Positions 1-12,858 of a DNA stretch of 64,000 nt are shown here, in pieces. A program made the translations under genes and the position numbers. The first letter of the stretch is position 1. Each line of letters opens with the position of its first letter. This DNA is from Mustelus asterias (lineage: Eukaryota), in NCBI RefSeq assembly GCF_964213995.1, contig NW_027590155.1, positions 868,001 through 932,000 on the forward strand, given 5' to 3'. Below the pieces are notes generated by a model. It was not told the DNA's origin and ran no database searches. It worked only from the letters and a program-made list of their open reading frames with translations.

Positions 1-1450
1 GGTAAGAGAGAGTGAGACAAATCAGACCACAAGACTGTGCTCCTGCGACAGGCTGACACACAAAGGCTAAAGCGGGATGATCCATTCAATAATGTCATGC
101 AATGTTGGTCTGAGGAATCGAAAGATCTCCTACGTGACTGCTTAGAGTCAGGGGACTAGTCAGTATTTAAAAACTCCACGAACAACCTGAGCGAGTACGC
201 CACTACAGTAACTGACATCATTAGGAAGTGTGTAGGAGACTGTGTGCCCAAGAAGATATTGTGTGTGTTTCCCAACCGGAAAACATGGATGATCGGGGAT
301 ATCCACTGCTTTCTGAAGTCCAGGTCTGAGGCATTCAAGTTAGACGACCCTGACCTATACAAGACAGCCAGATATGATCTACACAGATCCATCAAAGATG
401 CAAAAAACCAATACCAGACCAACCTAGTGCCCCATGATAGCCAGACGGACCCCCACCGACTATGCCAAGGTCTGCAAGACATAGTAGGCTACAAGATGAA
501 GGCGTGTAAAATCGCTGGCTTCACCAAACCCATTTCTAATCAGTTCAATGCACACTATGTCCGTGTTGAGCATGAGGTCAGCATGAGCATGCCCTCCACC
601 CCAGAAGCCTCGGATGCAGCTGTATCTGAGGTCACAATTGCAGATGTCAGAACAGCCGACTCGAAAGTCAACACATGGACAGCGACTGACCCGGATGAGG
701 TACACGAACGAACACTCACACACTGCGCAGATCAGCTGGCGGGGGTATTTACAATCATCTTCAGCTTTCTTTACAACAATCTGAGTTCCCTATCTGCTTC
801 AAGAAGACGACCATCATCCCAGTACCAAAGAAAAGCCAAGCAGCGTGCCTTAATGGTGACGTTCTGCTGGCTCTGACATCCATCCATCGAAGTGGAAAGG
901 GTCGAGAGCTTCATGTTTTTAGGTGTCCAGATCACTATCAGACATGTCCTGGTCCCCCCGTGCCAACAATATAGTTAGGAAAGCCCACCAACGCCTCTAC
1001 ATTCTCAGAAGACTAAGGACATTTGGAATGTCAGCTATGATTCTCACCAACGTTTACAGATGAACCATAGAAAGCATTCTTTCAGGCTGTATCACAGCTT
1101 GGTATGACTCCTGCTCTGCCCAAGACTGCAAGAAACTACAAAAGGTCATGAATGTAGCCCAATCCATCACTCAAACCAGCCACCCATCCATTGACTCTGT
1201 TTACTCTTCCCGCTACCTCGGCAAAGCAGCCACCATAATTCAGGGCCCCACGCACCCCGGACATTCTCTCTTCCACCTTCTTCATCAGGAAAAATATGCA
1301 AAATTCTGATCTCACGTACCAACTGACACAAGAACAGCTTCTTCCCTGCTGCCATCAGACTTTTGAATGGACTTAACTTGCATCAAGTTGATCTTCCTCG
1401 GCACCCTAGCTATGACTGTAACACTACATTCTGCACTCTTACGTTTCCTT
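1..1450 (+). mobile_element. Rex1/Babar-type non-LTR retrotransposon, degenerate and internally deleted
   Basis: ORF 244-876 resembles the pre-RT region (ATDPDEV..LTHCADQLAGVFT). 975-1380 encodes KAHQRLY.LRRLR.FGMS-like C-terminus. 3' end matches the copy at 33.5-34.3 kb. Confidence 0.75.
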
Positions 1451-3180
1451 AGAACATAGAACATAGAAAAGCGACAGCACAAACAGGCCCTTCGGCCCAC
1501 AAGTTGGGCCAAACAATTTCCTTACCTTCTAGGCTCATCTATAACCCTCTATCTTGCTAACCTCCATGAACCTATCCAAAAGTCTCTTAAAAGAATCAAT
1601 CGAATTCGCTTCCACCACCACTACCGGCAGCCGATTCCACGCATCCACCACTCTCTGAGTGAAAAACTTACCCCTAACATCTCCTCTGTACCTACTCCCC
1701 AGCACCCTAAACCTGTGGCCTCTCGTGACAACCATTTCAGCCTGGGTAAAAGCCTCTGAGAATCCACTCTATCAATACCTCTCAACATCTTGTACACCTC
1801 TATCTGGTCACCTCTCATCCTTCGCCTCTCCAAGGAGAATAGACCTAGCTCTCTCAACCTATCCTCATCAGGCATACCACTTAATCCCAGCAACATCCTC
1901 GTAAATCTCCTCTGCACCCGTTCTATGGCTTCCACATCCTTTCTGTAATGAGGCGACCAGAACTGGGCACAGTACTCCAGGTCGGGTCTGACCAGGGTCC
2001 GATACAGCTGCAGCATTATCTCCCGATTTCTGAACTCAATTCCTCTATTGATGAAGGCCAGTATTCCATACGCCTTCTTAACCATAGCCTCGACCTGCGA
2101 AGCCGCTTTGAGCATCCTATGAACCCAGGACCCCAAGATCCCTCTGTTCTTCCACACTGCCAAGCATCTTACCCTCAATATTATATTCTTCCATCCAATT
2201 CGACCTGCCAAAATTAACCATCACACACTTATCTGGGTTGAAGTCTATCTGCCACTTCTCCACCCACTCTTGCATCTTATCTATGTCTCGTTGCAACTGC
2301 TGACATCCCTCTACACTATCCACAACACCTCCAAATTTTGTGTCATCAGCAAACTTGCCAACCTATCCTTCCACTTCCTCATCCAGGTCATTTATAAAAA
2401 TCACAAAGAGCAAGGGTCCCAGAACAGATCCCTGGGGCACCCCACTGATGAGCGACCTCCACTCTGAAGAAGACCCAACTCCAACCACTCTTTGCCTTCT
2501 GTGGGCAAGCCAGTTCTGAATCCACAAAGCAATGTCCCCTTGTATCCCATGCCCCTTCACTTTCTCAATAAGCCTTGCATGGGGCACCTTATCAAACGCC
2601 TGATTGAAATCTACATAAACCACATCTACCGCTCTTCACCGTCTAAGAGTCTAGTCACATCTTCAAAAAACTCAATCAGACTCGTAAGGCATGATCTGCC
2701 TCGGACAAAGCCGTGCTGGCTACTTCTGATCATACTATTCCTTTCCAAGTGTTCATAAATCCTGCCTCTCAGGATCTTCTCCATCAACTTACCTACCACT
2801 GAGGTTGGACTCTCCGGTCTATAATTTCCTGGGCTATCTCTTTTCCCTTTCTTAAACAACGGAACCACATCCGCCATCCTCCAATCCTCCGGAACCTCTC
2901 CTGTCTCCATTGACGACGCAAAGAGAATCGCCAGAGGATCAGCAATCTCTTCCCTCGCCTCCCACAGTAACCTGGGGTACCTCCCATCCGGTCCCGGCGA
3001 TTTATCTAACTTGGTGCTTTTCAACAGCTCCAACACATCCTCTTTCCTAATGCCCACATGCTCAATCTTCTCAGTCCACTGCAAGTCTGCACTGCAACAA
3101 CCAAGATTCTTTTCCACTGTGAATACTGAAGCAAAGTATTGATTGAGTACCTCTGCTATTTCAACCGGTTCAATACAGAG
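1451..3180 (-). mobile_element. CR1 LINE (HER1-like), 5'-truncated, frameshifted ORF2
   Basis: Motifs [49 protein letters not shown]. Tail (TTCTATG)n at 1451-1467. Confidence 0.92.
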
Positions 3181-3362
3181 TCCGTATCCTGCCATTCCCA
3201 TCCTATACATGTACTTGTCTAGTTGCCCCTTAAATGCCGCTATTGTACCTGCTCCCACCACCTCCCCGGGCAGCGCGTTCCAGACATTCACCACCCTCTG
3301 TGTAAAAAACCTGCATCGCACATCTCCTCTAAACTTTCCCCCACACACCTTAAACCTATGTC
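3181..3362 (-). mobile_element. CR1 ORF2 C-terminal fragment
   Basis: FFTQRVVNVWNALPGEVVGAGTIAAFK..LDKYM, abutting the next CR1. Confidence 0.8.
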
Positions 3363-4009
3363 ATATGATGACAAGTACCCGACGGGATTTAAAATAAAGA
3401 TAGTAGATGTGTGTCAGACAGTGTTTGAGACAGTTTGTGTAACTCTTTTGCTGTGTTGTCCTTAATCGATGTTGTAATGTGGAGGTTACAAGGACGAAGC
3501 AGCGAGAGTGAGGTGAGTGGTGCATTGGTTTGTCTGTGGATATTAAGAATGAAGTCGGTGATGCACCTGGTGGGTAATGACAGTGGGACTGAGGTCAGGC
3601 ATCTACCTGGATATACATTGATAATAAAATGAATTTAGTGATGTAATTGTGTAGGTAGTGATAAGAAGATTGGTGTTGAGGTTTGGGGGCTGGGAGTGAG
3701 GGGTTGCGTGGAATGAACGATTGCATACAGAATGCACCTCACTCTACACTGTGTTTATACATCTCTCTCAGGTCAGATACAGCACCAATTAGACACAGGA
3801 CTCTGCCCCTGCACTCATCCATCAAACATTCACTTGGAAGTACAGTCGTGGGGGTGGGCGAAGGGGGGGAGGGGGCGGACAAGCGTCCGTCCCTGCAGAA
3901 GATCATTCAGCCCCTCGAGACTGGTCATCCAGTCCATAAGATCATGGCTCATTTGATGTGTCTCTCATCTCGTAACCCTGAGGGCATTGGCTCACAGGGC
4001 GTGTGTGGG

Positions 4010-7000
4010 AAGCAGAGTGTGAGCTATAAGGGCGTTGGCTCACAGGGCTTCGGGGGACAGGGCGAGCAGGGGTGCGTTTAATTCATTTTTGCTGTTTCTA
4101 CCTGGTACTGGCAAGGTATCTAGAGGGGATGGGTGTGCAGGCAGTGCTATGTTCCTCTTGCACTATGTTTGAGGTGAGGGACGACGACAGTGTCCCTGCT
4201 GATTACACCTGTCGGAAGTGCACCCATCTGCAGCTCCTCCAAAACCGTGTTAGGGAACTGGAGCTGGAGTTGGATGAATTTAGGATCATTAGGGACGCAG
4301 AGGTGGCCATAGATAGAAGCTTTAGGGATACAGTTACTCCGAGGAATGAAAACAGATGGGTGACGGTGAGAGGGGCTGGGAGGAAGCAGTCGTTGCGGTG
4401 ATCCCCTGTGGTCGTTCCCCTTAGCAACAAGTATTCCGCTTTGGATACGGTTGAGGGGGATGACATACCAGTGGGGAGCCGCAGTGAGAGGATCTCCAGC
4501 ACTGTGTCCGTCTCTGTGGCTCGGGAGGGTAAGGGGAAGAGCGGGAGGGCAATAGTTATTAGGGACTCGTTAGTTAGAGGGATAGATAGGAGGTTCTGTG
4601 GCAGCAAAAGAGACTCACGAGTGGTATGTTGCCTACCGGATGCCAGGGTCCATGACGTCTCGGACCGTGTTTTCCAGATTCTTAAGGGGGAGGGGAAACA
4701 GTCACAAGTCGTGGTACAAATTGGTACCAACGACATAGGTAAGAGAAGGAACGGGGATTTAAAACAGGAATTTCGGGAGCTGGGCTGGAAGCTGAGAGCC
4801 AAGAGAAAACATGTGGTCATCTCTGGTACGTTACCGGTGCCACGGGATAGCGAGTTGAGGAACAGGGAGAGAGTGCAGTGAAACATGTGGTTACAGGGAT
4901 GGTGTAGGAGGGAGGGTTACAGATACGTGGATAATTGGAACACATTCTGGGGAAGGTGGGACCTGTACAAACAGGACGGGGTGCACCTGAACCAGAGGGG
5001 CACCAATATCCTGGGAGGGAAATTTGTTACGGCTCTTCAGGGGGGTTTAAACTAATTTGTCAGGGGAGTGGGAAAAGGAGTTGTCGTCCAGAAGTCAATG
5101 TTGAGGGTGGTGAGGTATTGGGGAAGGTATCAGGGTCAAGGGTGGGTAGCGGTAGACAGGAAGGTGGGTTGAATTGTGTCTACTTCAATGCAAGGAGCAT
5201 CCGGAACAAGGTAGATGAACTTGGGGCGTGGATTGGTACTTGGGACTACGATGTTGTGGCCATTGCAGAGACACGGGTAGAACAAGGACATGAATGGTTG
5301 TGGGACGTTCCGGGGTATAGATGTTTCACTAAGTGTAGGGAAGCTGGTAAAAGAGGTGGAGGAGTAGCATTGTTAATCAAGGATAGTTTAACGGCTGCGG
5401 AAAGGCACTTCGAGGGGGATCTGCACACTGAGGTAATATGGGCTGAAGTTAGAAATAGGAAAGGAGCGGTCACGTTGTTAGGAGTTTACTCGAGGCCCCG
5501 AAATAGTAATAGAGATGTGGAAGAAGAAATTGCTAAGCAGTTTGTGGATATGTTTGGGGGTCACAGGGTCGTTGTCATGGGGGACTTTAACTTTCCAAAT
5601 ATTGATTGGAACCTTTGTAGGTCAAATAGTTCGGGTGGGGCAGTTTTTGTGCAGTGTGTGCAGGAGGGGTTCCTGACACAATATGTGGATAGGCCGACAA
5701 GAGGTGAGGCCACATTGGATTTGTTACTGGGAAATGAACCGGGCCAAGTGTTAGATTTGGTTGTGGGAGAATACTTTGGAGATAGTGACCACAATTCGGT
5801 GTCTTTTGTTATTGCAATGGAGAGAGATAGGGCCGTATGGCAGGGCAAGGTTTACAATTGGGGGAAAGGTAATTATGATGCAATTAGGCAAGAATTAGGG
5901 GGCATAAGTTGGGAACAGAAACTGTCAGGGAAAGGCACGGATGAAAAGTGGAACTTTTCCTGGGAGAGGATGTTCGAGGGTAAGTCCGCGTCTGGCATGT
6001 GGGAGTCTTTTAAGGAACTATTGATAAGGCTGCAGGATAGGCATGTGCCTGTAAAAAGGAAAGATAGGAAAGGTAGGATTCGAGAGCCGTGGATAACCAG
6101 GGAAATTGAGGATCTGATTAATATGAAAAGGGAGGCGTACGTTAAGTCCAGGCAACTGAAAACAGATGGAGCTCTGGAGGAATACAGAGAGAGTAGGAAA
6201 GAACACAAACGGGACGTTTGAAGGGCAAAAAGAGGTCACGAGATGTTCTTGGCAGGCAGGATTAAGGAGAATCCTAAGGCATTCTATTCATACGTTAGGA
6301 ACAAAAGAGTTGTCAGGGAGAAAATCGGACCTCTCAGGGACAAAGGAGGGGAATTATGCTTAGAACCCAAGGGAATAGGGGAGATCGTAAATGAATACTT
6401 TGCATCGGTATTCCCGAAGGAGAGGGGCGAGTTAACCGGGAGTGCCTCAGAGGGAGGTGTTGACCCGTTAGAGAAAATCTCCATTACAAGAGAGGAAGTG
6501 TTAGGTTTTTTAGGGAACATTAAAACTGACAAAGACCCAGGGCCTGATGGCATCTATCCTCGACTGCTCAGGGAGACGAGAGATGAAATTGCTGGGCCTC
6601 TGACGGAAATCTTTGTCGCTTCTTTGGACGCGGGTGAGGTCCCTGAGGATTGGAGGATAGCGAATGTGATTCCGTTGTTTAAGAAGGGTAGCAGGGATAA
6701 CCCAGGAAATTATAGGCCGGTGAGCTTGACGTCCGTGGTCGGGAAGTTGTTGGAGAGGATTCTTAGAGACAGGATGTATGTGCATTTAGAATCGAACAAT
6801 CTCATTAGTGACAGACAGCATGGTTTTGTAAGAGGGAGGTCGTGCCTTACAAATTTGGTGGAGTTTTTTGAGGAAGTGACAAAAACGGTTGATGAAGGAA
6901 GGGCCGTGGATGTCGTCTATATGGATTTCAGTAAGGCATTTGACAAGGTCCCACATGGCTGGTTGGTTAAGAAGGTTAAGGCTCATGGGATACAAGGAGA

Positions 7001-8090
7001 AGTGGCTAGATGGGTGGAGAACTGGCTTGGCCATAGGAGACAGAGGGTAGTGGTCGAAGGGTCTTTTTCCAGCTGGAGGTCTGTGACCAGTGGTGTTCCG
7101 CAGGGCTCTGTACTGGGACCTCTGCTATTTGTGATATATATAAATAATTTGGAAGAAGGTGTAACTGGTGTAATCAGCAAGTTTGCGGATGACACGAAGA
7201 TGGCTGGACTTGCGGATAGCGAAGAGCATTGTCGGGCAATACAGCAGGATATAGATAGGCTGGAAAATTGGGCGGAGAGGTGGCAGATGGAGTTTAATCC
7301 GGATAAATGCGAAGTGATGCATTTTGGAAGAAATAATGTAGGGAGGAGTTATACAATAAATGGCAGAGTCATCAGGAGTATAGAAGCACAGAGGGACCTA
7401 GGTGTGCAAGTCCACAAATCCTTGAAGGTGGCAACACAGGTGGAGAAGGTGGTGAAGAAGGCATATGGTATGCTTGCCTTTATAGGACGGGGGTATAGAG
7501 TATAAAAGCTGGAGTCTGATGATGCAGATGTATAGAACGCTGGTTAGGCCACATTTGGAGTACTGCATCCAGTTCTGGTCGCCGCACTACCAGAAGGACG
7601 TGGAGGCGTTAGAGGGAGTGCAGAGAAGGTTTACCAGGATGTTGCCTGGTATGGAGGGTCTTAGCTATGAGGAGAGATTGGGTAGACTGGGGTTGTTCTC
7701 CTTGGAAAGACGGAGAATGTGGGGAGATCTAATAGAGGAATACAAGATTATGAAGGGTATAGATAGGGTGAACAGTGGGAAGCTTTTTCCCAGGTCGGAG
7801 GTGACGATCACGAGGGGTCACGGGCTCAAGCTGAGAGGGGCGAAGTATAACTCAGACATCAGAGGGACGTTTTTTACACAGAGGGTGGTGGGGGCCTGGA
7901 ATACGCTGCCAAGTAAGGTGGTGGAGGCAGGCACGCTGACATCGTTTAAGACTTACCTGGATAGTCACATGAGCAGCCTGGGAATGGAGGGATACAAACG
8001 ATTGGTCTAGTTGGACCAAGGAGCGGCACAGGCTTGGAGGGCCTGAAGGGCCTGTTTCCTGTGCTGTACTGTTCTTTGTTCTTTGTTGTT
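4010..8090 (+). mobile_element. Near full-length CR1 LINE (ORF1 Cys-motif/coiled-coil/esterase; ORF2 APE endonuclease + RT), inactivated
   Basis: ORF1 4129-5050 has CxxC motifs, ELELELDE coiled coil and GTNDIG esterase motif, with stops at 4399 and 4879. ORF2 has NARSIRNK, GDFNFP, SDHN and FADD, with a stop at 6219 and a frameshift near 7495. Tail is (TTCTTTG)n. Confidence 0.95.
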
Positions 8091-8190
8091 CTTGCTTCCT
8101 CGCTCATACCCCCGGCCCTGGCATTATTATTGCCACGCCACTCACAATGTCGATTCTCCAAATCCAGCCGATCGGAGTTACCACTGTGTA

Positions 8191-8229
8191 GGTTTCTGGA
8201 CAAGCTCTCCATATGTTTGTTCCACTATG
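8191..8229 (-). promoter_or_regulatory. 23-RSS with defective heptamer
   Basis: CATAGTG - 23 nt - CCAGAAACC directly after YLCSVR. Confidence 0.85.
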
Positions 8230-8563
8230 CCTCACGGAGCAGAGATATGTGGCAGTGCCTGTAAGCTGTGTGTCTCTCATAGTCAGAATACTGAGGTTTC
8301 TAGTGTTCCCCGATTAAGGCAGTCATCCTCCCGCGTTGATCAGTTTCTTTTGTGGCCATCACCAGGTTTTGGGGTCGTTGATTTGGCTGTTGTCTGTACC
8401 AACGCAGACTGGTGTTCATCACACCAGAGCCGGTGCAGTTCATGGACAGGATTGCATTTTCACTAACAACCATCCACCCAGGGAGCTGCTGCAACTTATC
8501 TGCAGTCACCGCGGTGCAGATCAGAGTGAAAAACAGCAAAGAGACTCTATTAACCCGGAACAT
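8230..8563 (-). pseudogene. TRAV: T-cell receptor alpha/delta V segment pseudogene with leader and V in one exon
   Basis: MFRVNRVSLLFFTLICTAVTA-DKLQQ...MNC...WYRQQPNQRPQ, then a +1 frameshift in the G4 run at 8308-8311, then NTRNLSILTMRDTQLTGTATYLCSVR and a 23-RSS. Confidence 0.85.
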
Positions 8564-9601
8564 TATCAAGTCACCTGATTATTTAAAAAAAATAAATCGT
8601 TAGTGATCCTATTTCAAACGTTGTCGCTGTAACCGGCTCTTTGCGGTAATGAATCTGCGACACTTCGACAAACAAACAAAATAGGAGTACGAAATTTAAG
8701 ATCACATTTTTAGAAACAGTGTGATCAGTATAATTGAACATATTACAAATAGAGGAAAACGCCATTAAAAGGCAAATTATTCTGCCCGCGACCTGTCTGA
8801 AAGTTGCGCAACTTGGGAACTTACCAGTTGAGAGAGCTGCAGCTGTGAGGAATGAGTAAAGACTCACAGTCAAATGTTTATGTGGTTGATGCTGGATCTG
8901 AACTCAGCAAGAGTTAAGGCTCAATAGTTTTAGTTACGAGTTTAAAATGCTGATCCGGCCTCACGAGCGGTTGGCCCGCAGGAGACACCCAATTAGTTCA
9001 CAGATCCTTTGTCCTACATTTCACCCAATCAGCTCCGAGTGTCTTTCTTCTCCAATCCAAGACGTCAAAGTGAGGATCATGGAACCTTTTGAATCTGTTC
9101 TCTGAACAATGAACTGGACAGAACATGAGTGAATAGGAAATAGGAACTGGAGTGGACCATTTGGTCCTTCATTCGGGCCCACTGCTGCCATTCAATAAGA
9201 TCATGGTTGATTTAACTCACTATCCCACATCCATTATTTCCCTGATTACCCACCAATCTATCGGCAGATAAATTCTTGAATGAACTAGGTCTCGCTGTGG
9301 TACAGAATAATAATAACGGACATTAAAGCCATTATTCTCCTTTATCGGAGTTAATCTTTGCGACGGGTCACTTATGTAATAGTTCATGTGTTCGGATAAC
9401 AGCTCCAGAATTTCCCGGGTAACGAGCGGCTCGGAGATCGGGGAACTACTATAAGGAGGATTTTACATAAAATGACACGCATTCAGCACCGCAGAATAAA
9501 TCATTAGGGCAAATTGGCCTTTTTAATGTGTCTCTGTCATATTAGTTCACAATCCAGCTCACAGATCTGATTCAGTGAGAGGAGGTGAGAGTGCCTTTGC
9601 T

Positions 9602-9640
9602 GGATTTTGTACGGACTGACTGCGACTCTGTAGCAGTGTG
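9602..9640 (-). promoter_or_regulatory. 23-RSS
   Basis: CACACTG - 23 nt - ACAAAATCC. Confidence 0.92.
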
Positions 9641-10078
9641 GGGCTCAGCGCACAGAGATACACGGCAGAGTCAGAGACAAGGACCCCAGCGATATTTAAA
9701 GGAAATGTTTTCTTGTCCTTGTCCAAATGAGCAGAAAACCGGTCAGGGAAATCTGGAAACTTTTCTCCGCCACCCGTGCCATATTTCTTCAATAAATATC
9801 TCACAGCTTCCCCATGATACTGGATGTACCAGAAGAGCGTATTACCTGTATATTTTGCTTTAGAACTGCAGTTCAATATTACCGTCTGTCGTGCCTGAAC
9901 CGTTAATTCAGGCGTCTCCTGGGAAACTGAATCCTGGCCACTGGTTCCTGTAACAACATATAGAAAGTGTGGGAAATCAGTGAGTAAATATTAGCCGTGA
10001 AACACACACTGCAGGTTTGAGTTCACGCTCACCGGGCAGCATGACTATTATTATCAGTAAAGCAAACAGTGAACACAT
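9641..10078 (-). CDS. TRAV: TCR alpha/delta V segment, intact (leader exon 10078-10033, V exon 9947-9641)
   Basis: Leader MCSLFALLIIIVMLP(G), GT..AG phase-1 intron, V exon QDSVSQ...ILNC...LFWYIQY...DSAVYLCALSP. Confidence 0.93.
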
Positions 10079-10980
10079 TGTTCCTGCTTAGACAGTAAAC
10101 AGCGACACTGTTTAAAATATGTTGTTGTTTCTAGTCTAATATCACAGAGTCAACTCAGATCAGAGGCAGGTTCAAAAATGGGGAAACTGAGGGCCGCTTC
10201 TCAGTGCTGCCATTGGCTGGTGTCTCAGCTCTGTTGTCAGCTGAAGACCAATCACTGTTCGTGAAAGGTTTAATACGGCTGACACTCACCAGTTACATTC
10301 CGTCCCTGGCTGAGTGTCTACACTTTCTCCCTATTTCTCTCTCTCTCACATTTTCCCTCATTCTGTATGTTCCTTGGTTTAACTCATTTTCCTCCGAACT
10401 TATTGTAGAAATCTTTCTTTCGATAGATTTTTCTTTCTAATTAATGCAGAAAGTTAAATCATTTATCATGCGTCTGATGCACATGTATTAATGAGTGCAT
10501 CTAGTGCATGACAATAAATAATTAGGGTTTTATGAATATGTGATAAGTAGTCACGGAACTCCAGATCGAGATACGGTTTCACCGTTACTCTTGTCCCTGT
10601 AAAGGGCAGATTTCAATCAGTCATTATTTCTACTCAAGGGACTTTAGAATGGGACAACTCTGAAGCTGAATTTCACAATAGATCACTTTGAAATGTGTCG
10701 CCTTCCAGCTAGGCACCTGATCCAGAACGATGATGAGTACAGATTGATGAAGTAATTCACCCGGAGGTCTGCGGGTTTGTGTGAATTGGATCAGGAAGTA
10801 ATTGAATTTGATCCGGGAGTAATCTGAGCGCCAAATATCACATTTCTCAACAGTGACGATCGTTAACCTCAGAGAGGGAACACAGTTCAGACGGGGCTGT
10901 GTTGTGGTCTTAAATCTCTGTACATTTCGAAAAGATGCAACTCTTTTTTTGTATGGAACCATTGATGATGAACTTGCACA

Positions 10981-11019
10981 GGTTTTTGTATAAGGTCAGT
11001 GGGAGCCTCATTCAGTGTG
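10981..11019 (-). promoter_or_regulatory. 23-RSS
   Basis: CACACTG - 23 nt - ACAAAAACC (consensus nonamer). Confidence 0.95.
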
Positions 11020-11500
11020 GGTCTCAGTGCACAGTAATACATGGCGCTGTCTGTCATCTTTAAACCTTTCATGGACAAGTGAAAAGTGCTTTGTTTCAGG
11101 TTGAGATTCCCACTGAAATGTTCAAAGCCGGGAGCCGTCTCGTTAAACACATAACTATGGGCTCTGAGCAGATACTGAGGAGCGCGGTGTGGATACTGGC
11201 GATACCAGAACAGGCCATAGTCTGTAGCTGGTTTCGATAGAGAGTAATTGCAGGATATTGCTGAATCTTCACCCTCTGCTGCTTCAACTCCCGGTTCTGA
11301 CTGGGACATCGAGTCTCCGTTACTCATCTCTGAAAATAAACAGCAGACACACAGTGGATTAGGATTAAGAGGAAGACAATAATCAGACAGAGATGGGAAA
11401 AGGAAATTGCGCAGGGATCGCGATATATTTTAGGAAGGTTCCAGTTTCACTGACTTGCGAACAGGGCAATAACCAGAGTTAGAAACATCTTCATCCCCAT
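11020..11500 (-). CDS. TRAV: TCR alpha/delta V segment, intact (leader exon 11500-11455, V exon 11329-11020)
   Basis: Leader MGMKMFLTLVIALFA(K), phase-1 GT..AG intron, V exon DSMSQSE...ISCNYS...LFWYRQYP...DSAMYYCALRP. Confidence 0.94.
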
Positions 11501-12767
11501 GGTTCCAGTCTGAACTCCAGGAACAGAAATATGGATCTCTGGCTGTAACCGACTTGGAGTGTGAGAATTTGAAAGAGCAAGGAGGATGCAAAACGATTGG
11601 CTGAATTTTATTTCCCCTCCCATTTTTATATCTGTAAATAGAGACTTTCTGAAGAAGGAGGCCGTGATGTTTCGTAAGTGATCACAGAACGCCCTCCCGT
11701 GGACAGTACAACCGCATTAGAAACAGACACAGAACCAAAAGTCCAGATAGATACACTCCGATAAATATAGAGCCACAGAAATATCCAGTTCAGCTGCAAC
11801 TCTGGACAAGAGGAAACATCCACTCCACATCCATCCTGTTAATACTCTTACGGTTTGAAAGGTTTCAATCAAGTTGCTTCTTTCTCTTCTAAACTCCAGT
11901 GGATGAAAACCCGGGCACATGGTGCAAGTGGCTTCCCATAACCTAAAATGCATGGAGACAAATCTATTTTTTCCATCTGGCGTCTGATTGTTCTGATTTC
12001 AAAGTTTACAATGAATCGACCTACAGAATGCCTTAGGTTATAATGCATTCCTCCCAATCATCAATAACATAATTCTCATCTTCCACTTCTGAGGTTCACC
12101 TTTCCCAAACATTGCAAACTCCCCTTACATCTTTCACCTTATTTTTTTTGTTCAAAGTTATCAAGGCGAGGTGGAGAGAACAGCGTCTCAGCAGGTACGC
12201 TGTCAAACTGTTTCCCAATTTTTGACTTTTCAAGAAGATTACTGCTGATTATTCTAAACTCCAGAGTGAATAGACTCATCCCACTGAATCTCTCCTCCCA
12301 GGACAACCGCCTCATCACAGAAATCAATCCAGTGAACCTTGGTTACACATAGTTCGCGAGATAAAAGAGAGAGTGAAGAGCAAAATAGGGAAACGGAACA
12401 AAAACCTGAGAGACTGAGAGAGTCTGAGGGAGATATATAAGGGGACAATGAGAAAAATATAGAGACAGCGAGTGGGGTACACATCCACAAACCATGGATG
12501 GATAACTATATATACACAGCCAGTTGTCTGAACCAACAAACACAGGGTCCTCTCAACATGTGAATAGGGATAAAGTGAATGTCCACAAGCATAGTAACCT
12601 TTTGAAAATGTATTGATTTTCCTGTGTGAGTTATTGTGTTGATAGATAACCTGCAGTTTGTGTTCAGGTTCGCAAACCGAAACCCATGTAAACCAATCCT
12701 GCCTTGTGCAGAGCAAATACATTTACAAAGCCGATGACGTGTCCAATACGAAACAACAGCTGAACCA

Positions 12768-12858
12768 AGGCTCTTACGGGATTTGAATCCGGGACCTCCA
12801 GCAAATTTATGATTGTTAACAAATGAAGGGAAAATCATACCCCCAGACCTATGCGAGG
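12768..12858 (-). pseudogene. Intron-containing tRNA-Pro pseudogene
   Basis: GGTATGATT..., intron starting TGTTAACA, then GGAGGTCCCGGATTCAAATCCCGTAAGAGCC. Anticodon and 5' end are decayed. Confidence 0.7.

Noticed and set aside
2626-3348. 240-aa ORF with apparently permuted RT domain order
   Set aside because: Chance in-frame abutment of two CR1 fragments
8150-8188. Perfect CACAGTG heptamer (minus strand, 8188-8182) just beyond the V1 nonamer; possible D segment or second RSS
   Set aside because: No nonamer-like sequence at 12 or 23 nt spacing
8230-11500. NAR-TCR supporting V or IgH-like/TAILV identity for the V segments
   Set aside because: All have leaders and TRAV/TRDV-like frameworks with no interspersed D/J segments. 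Alpha versus delta usage cannot be decided from this window.
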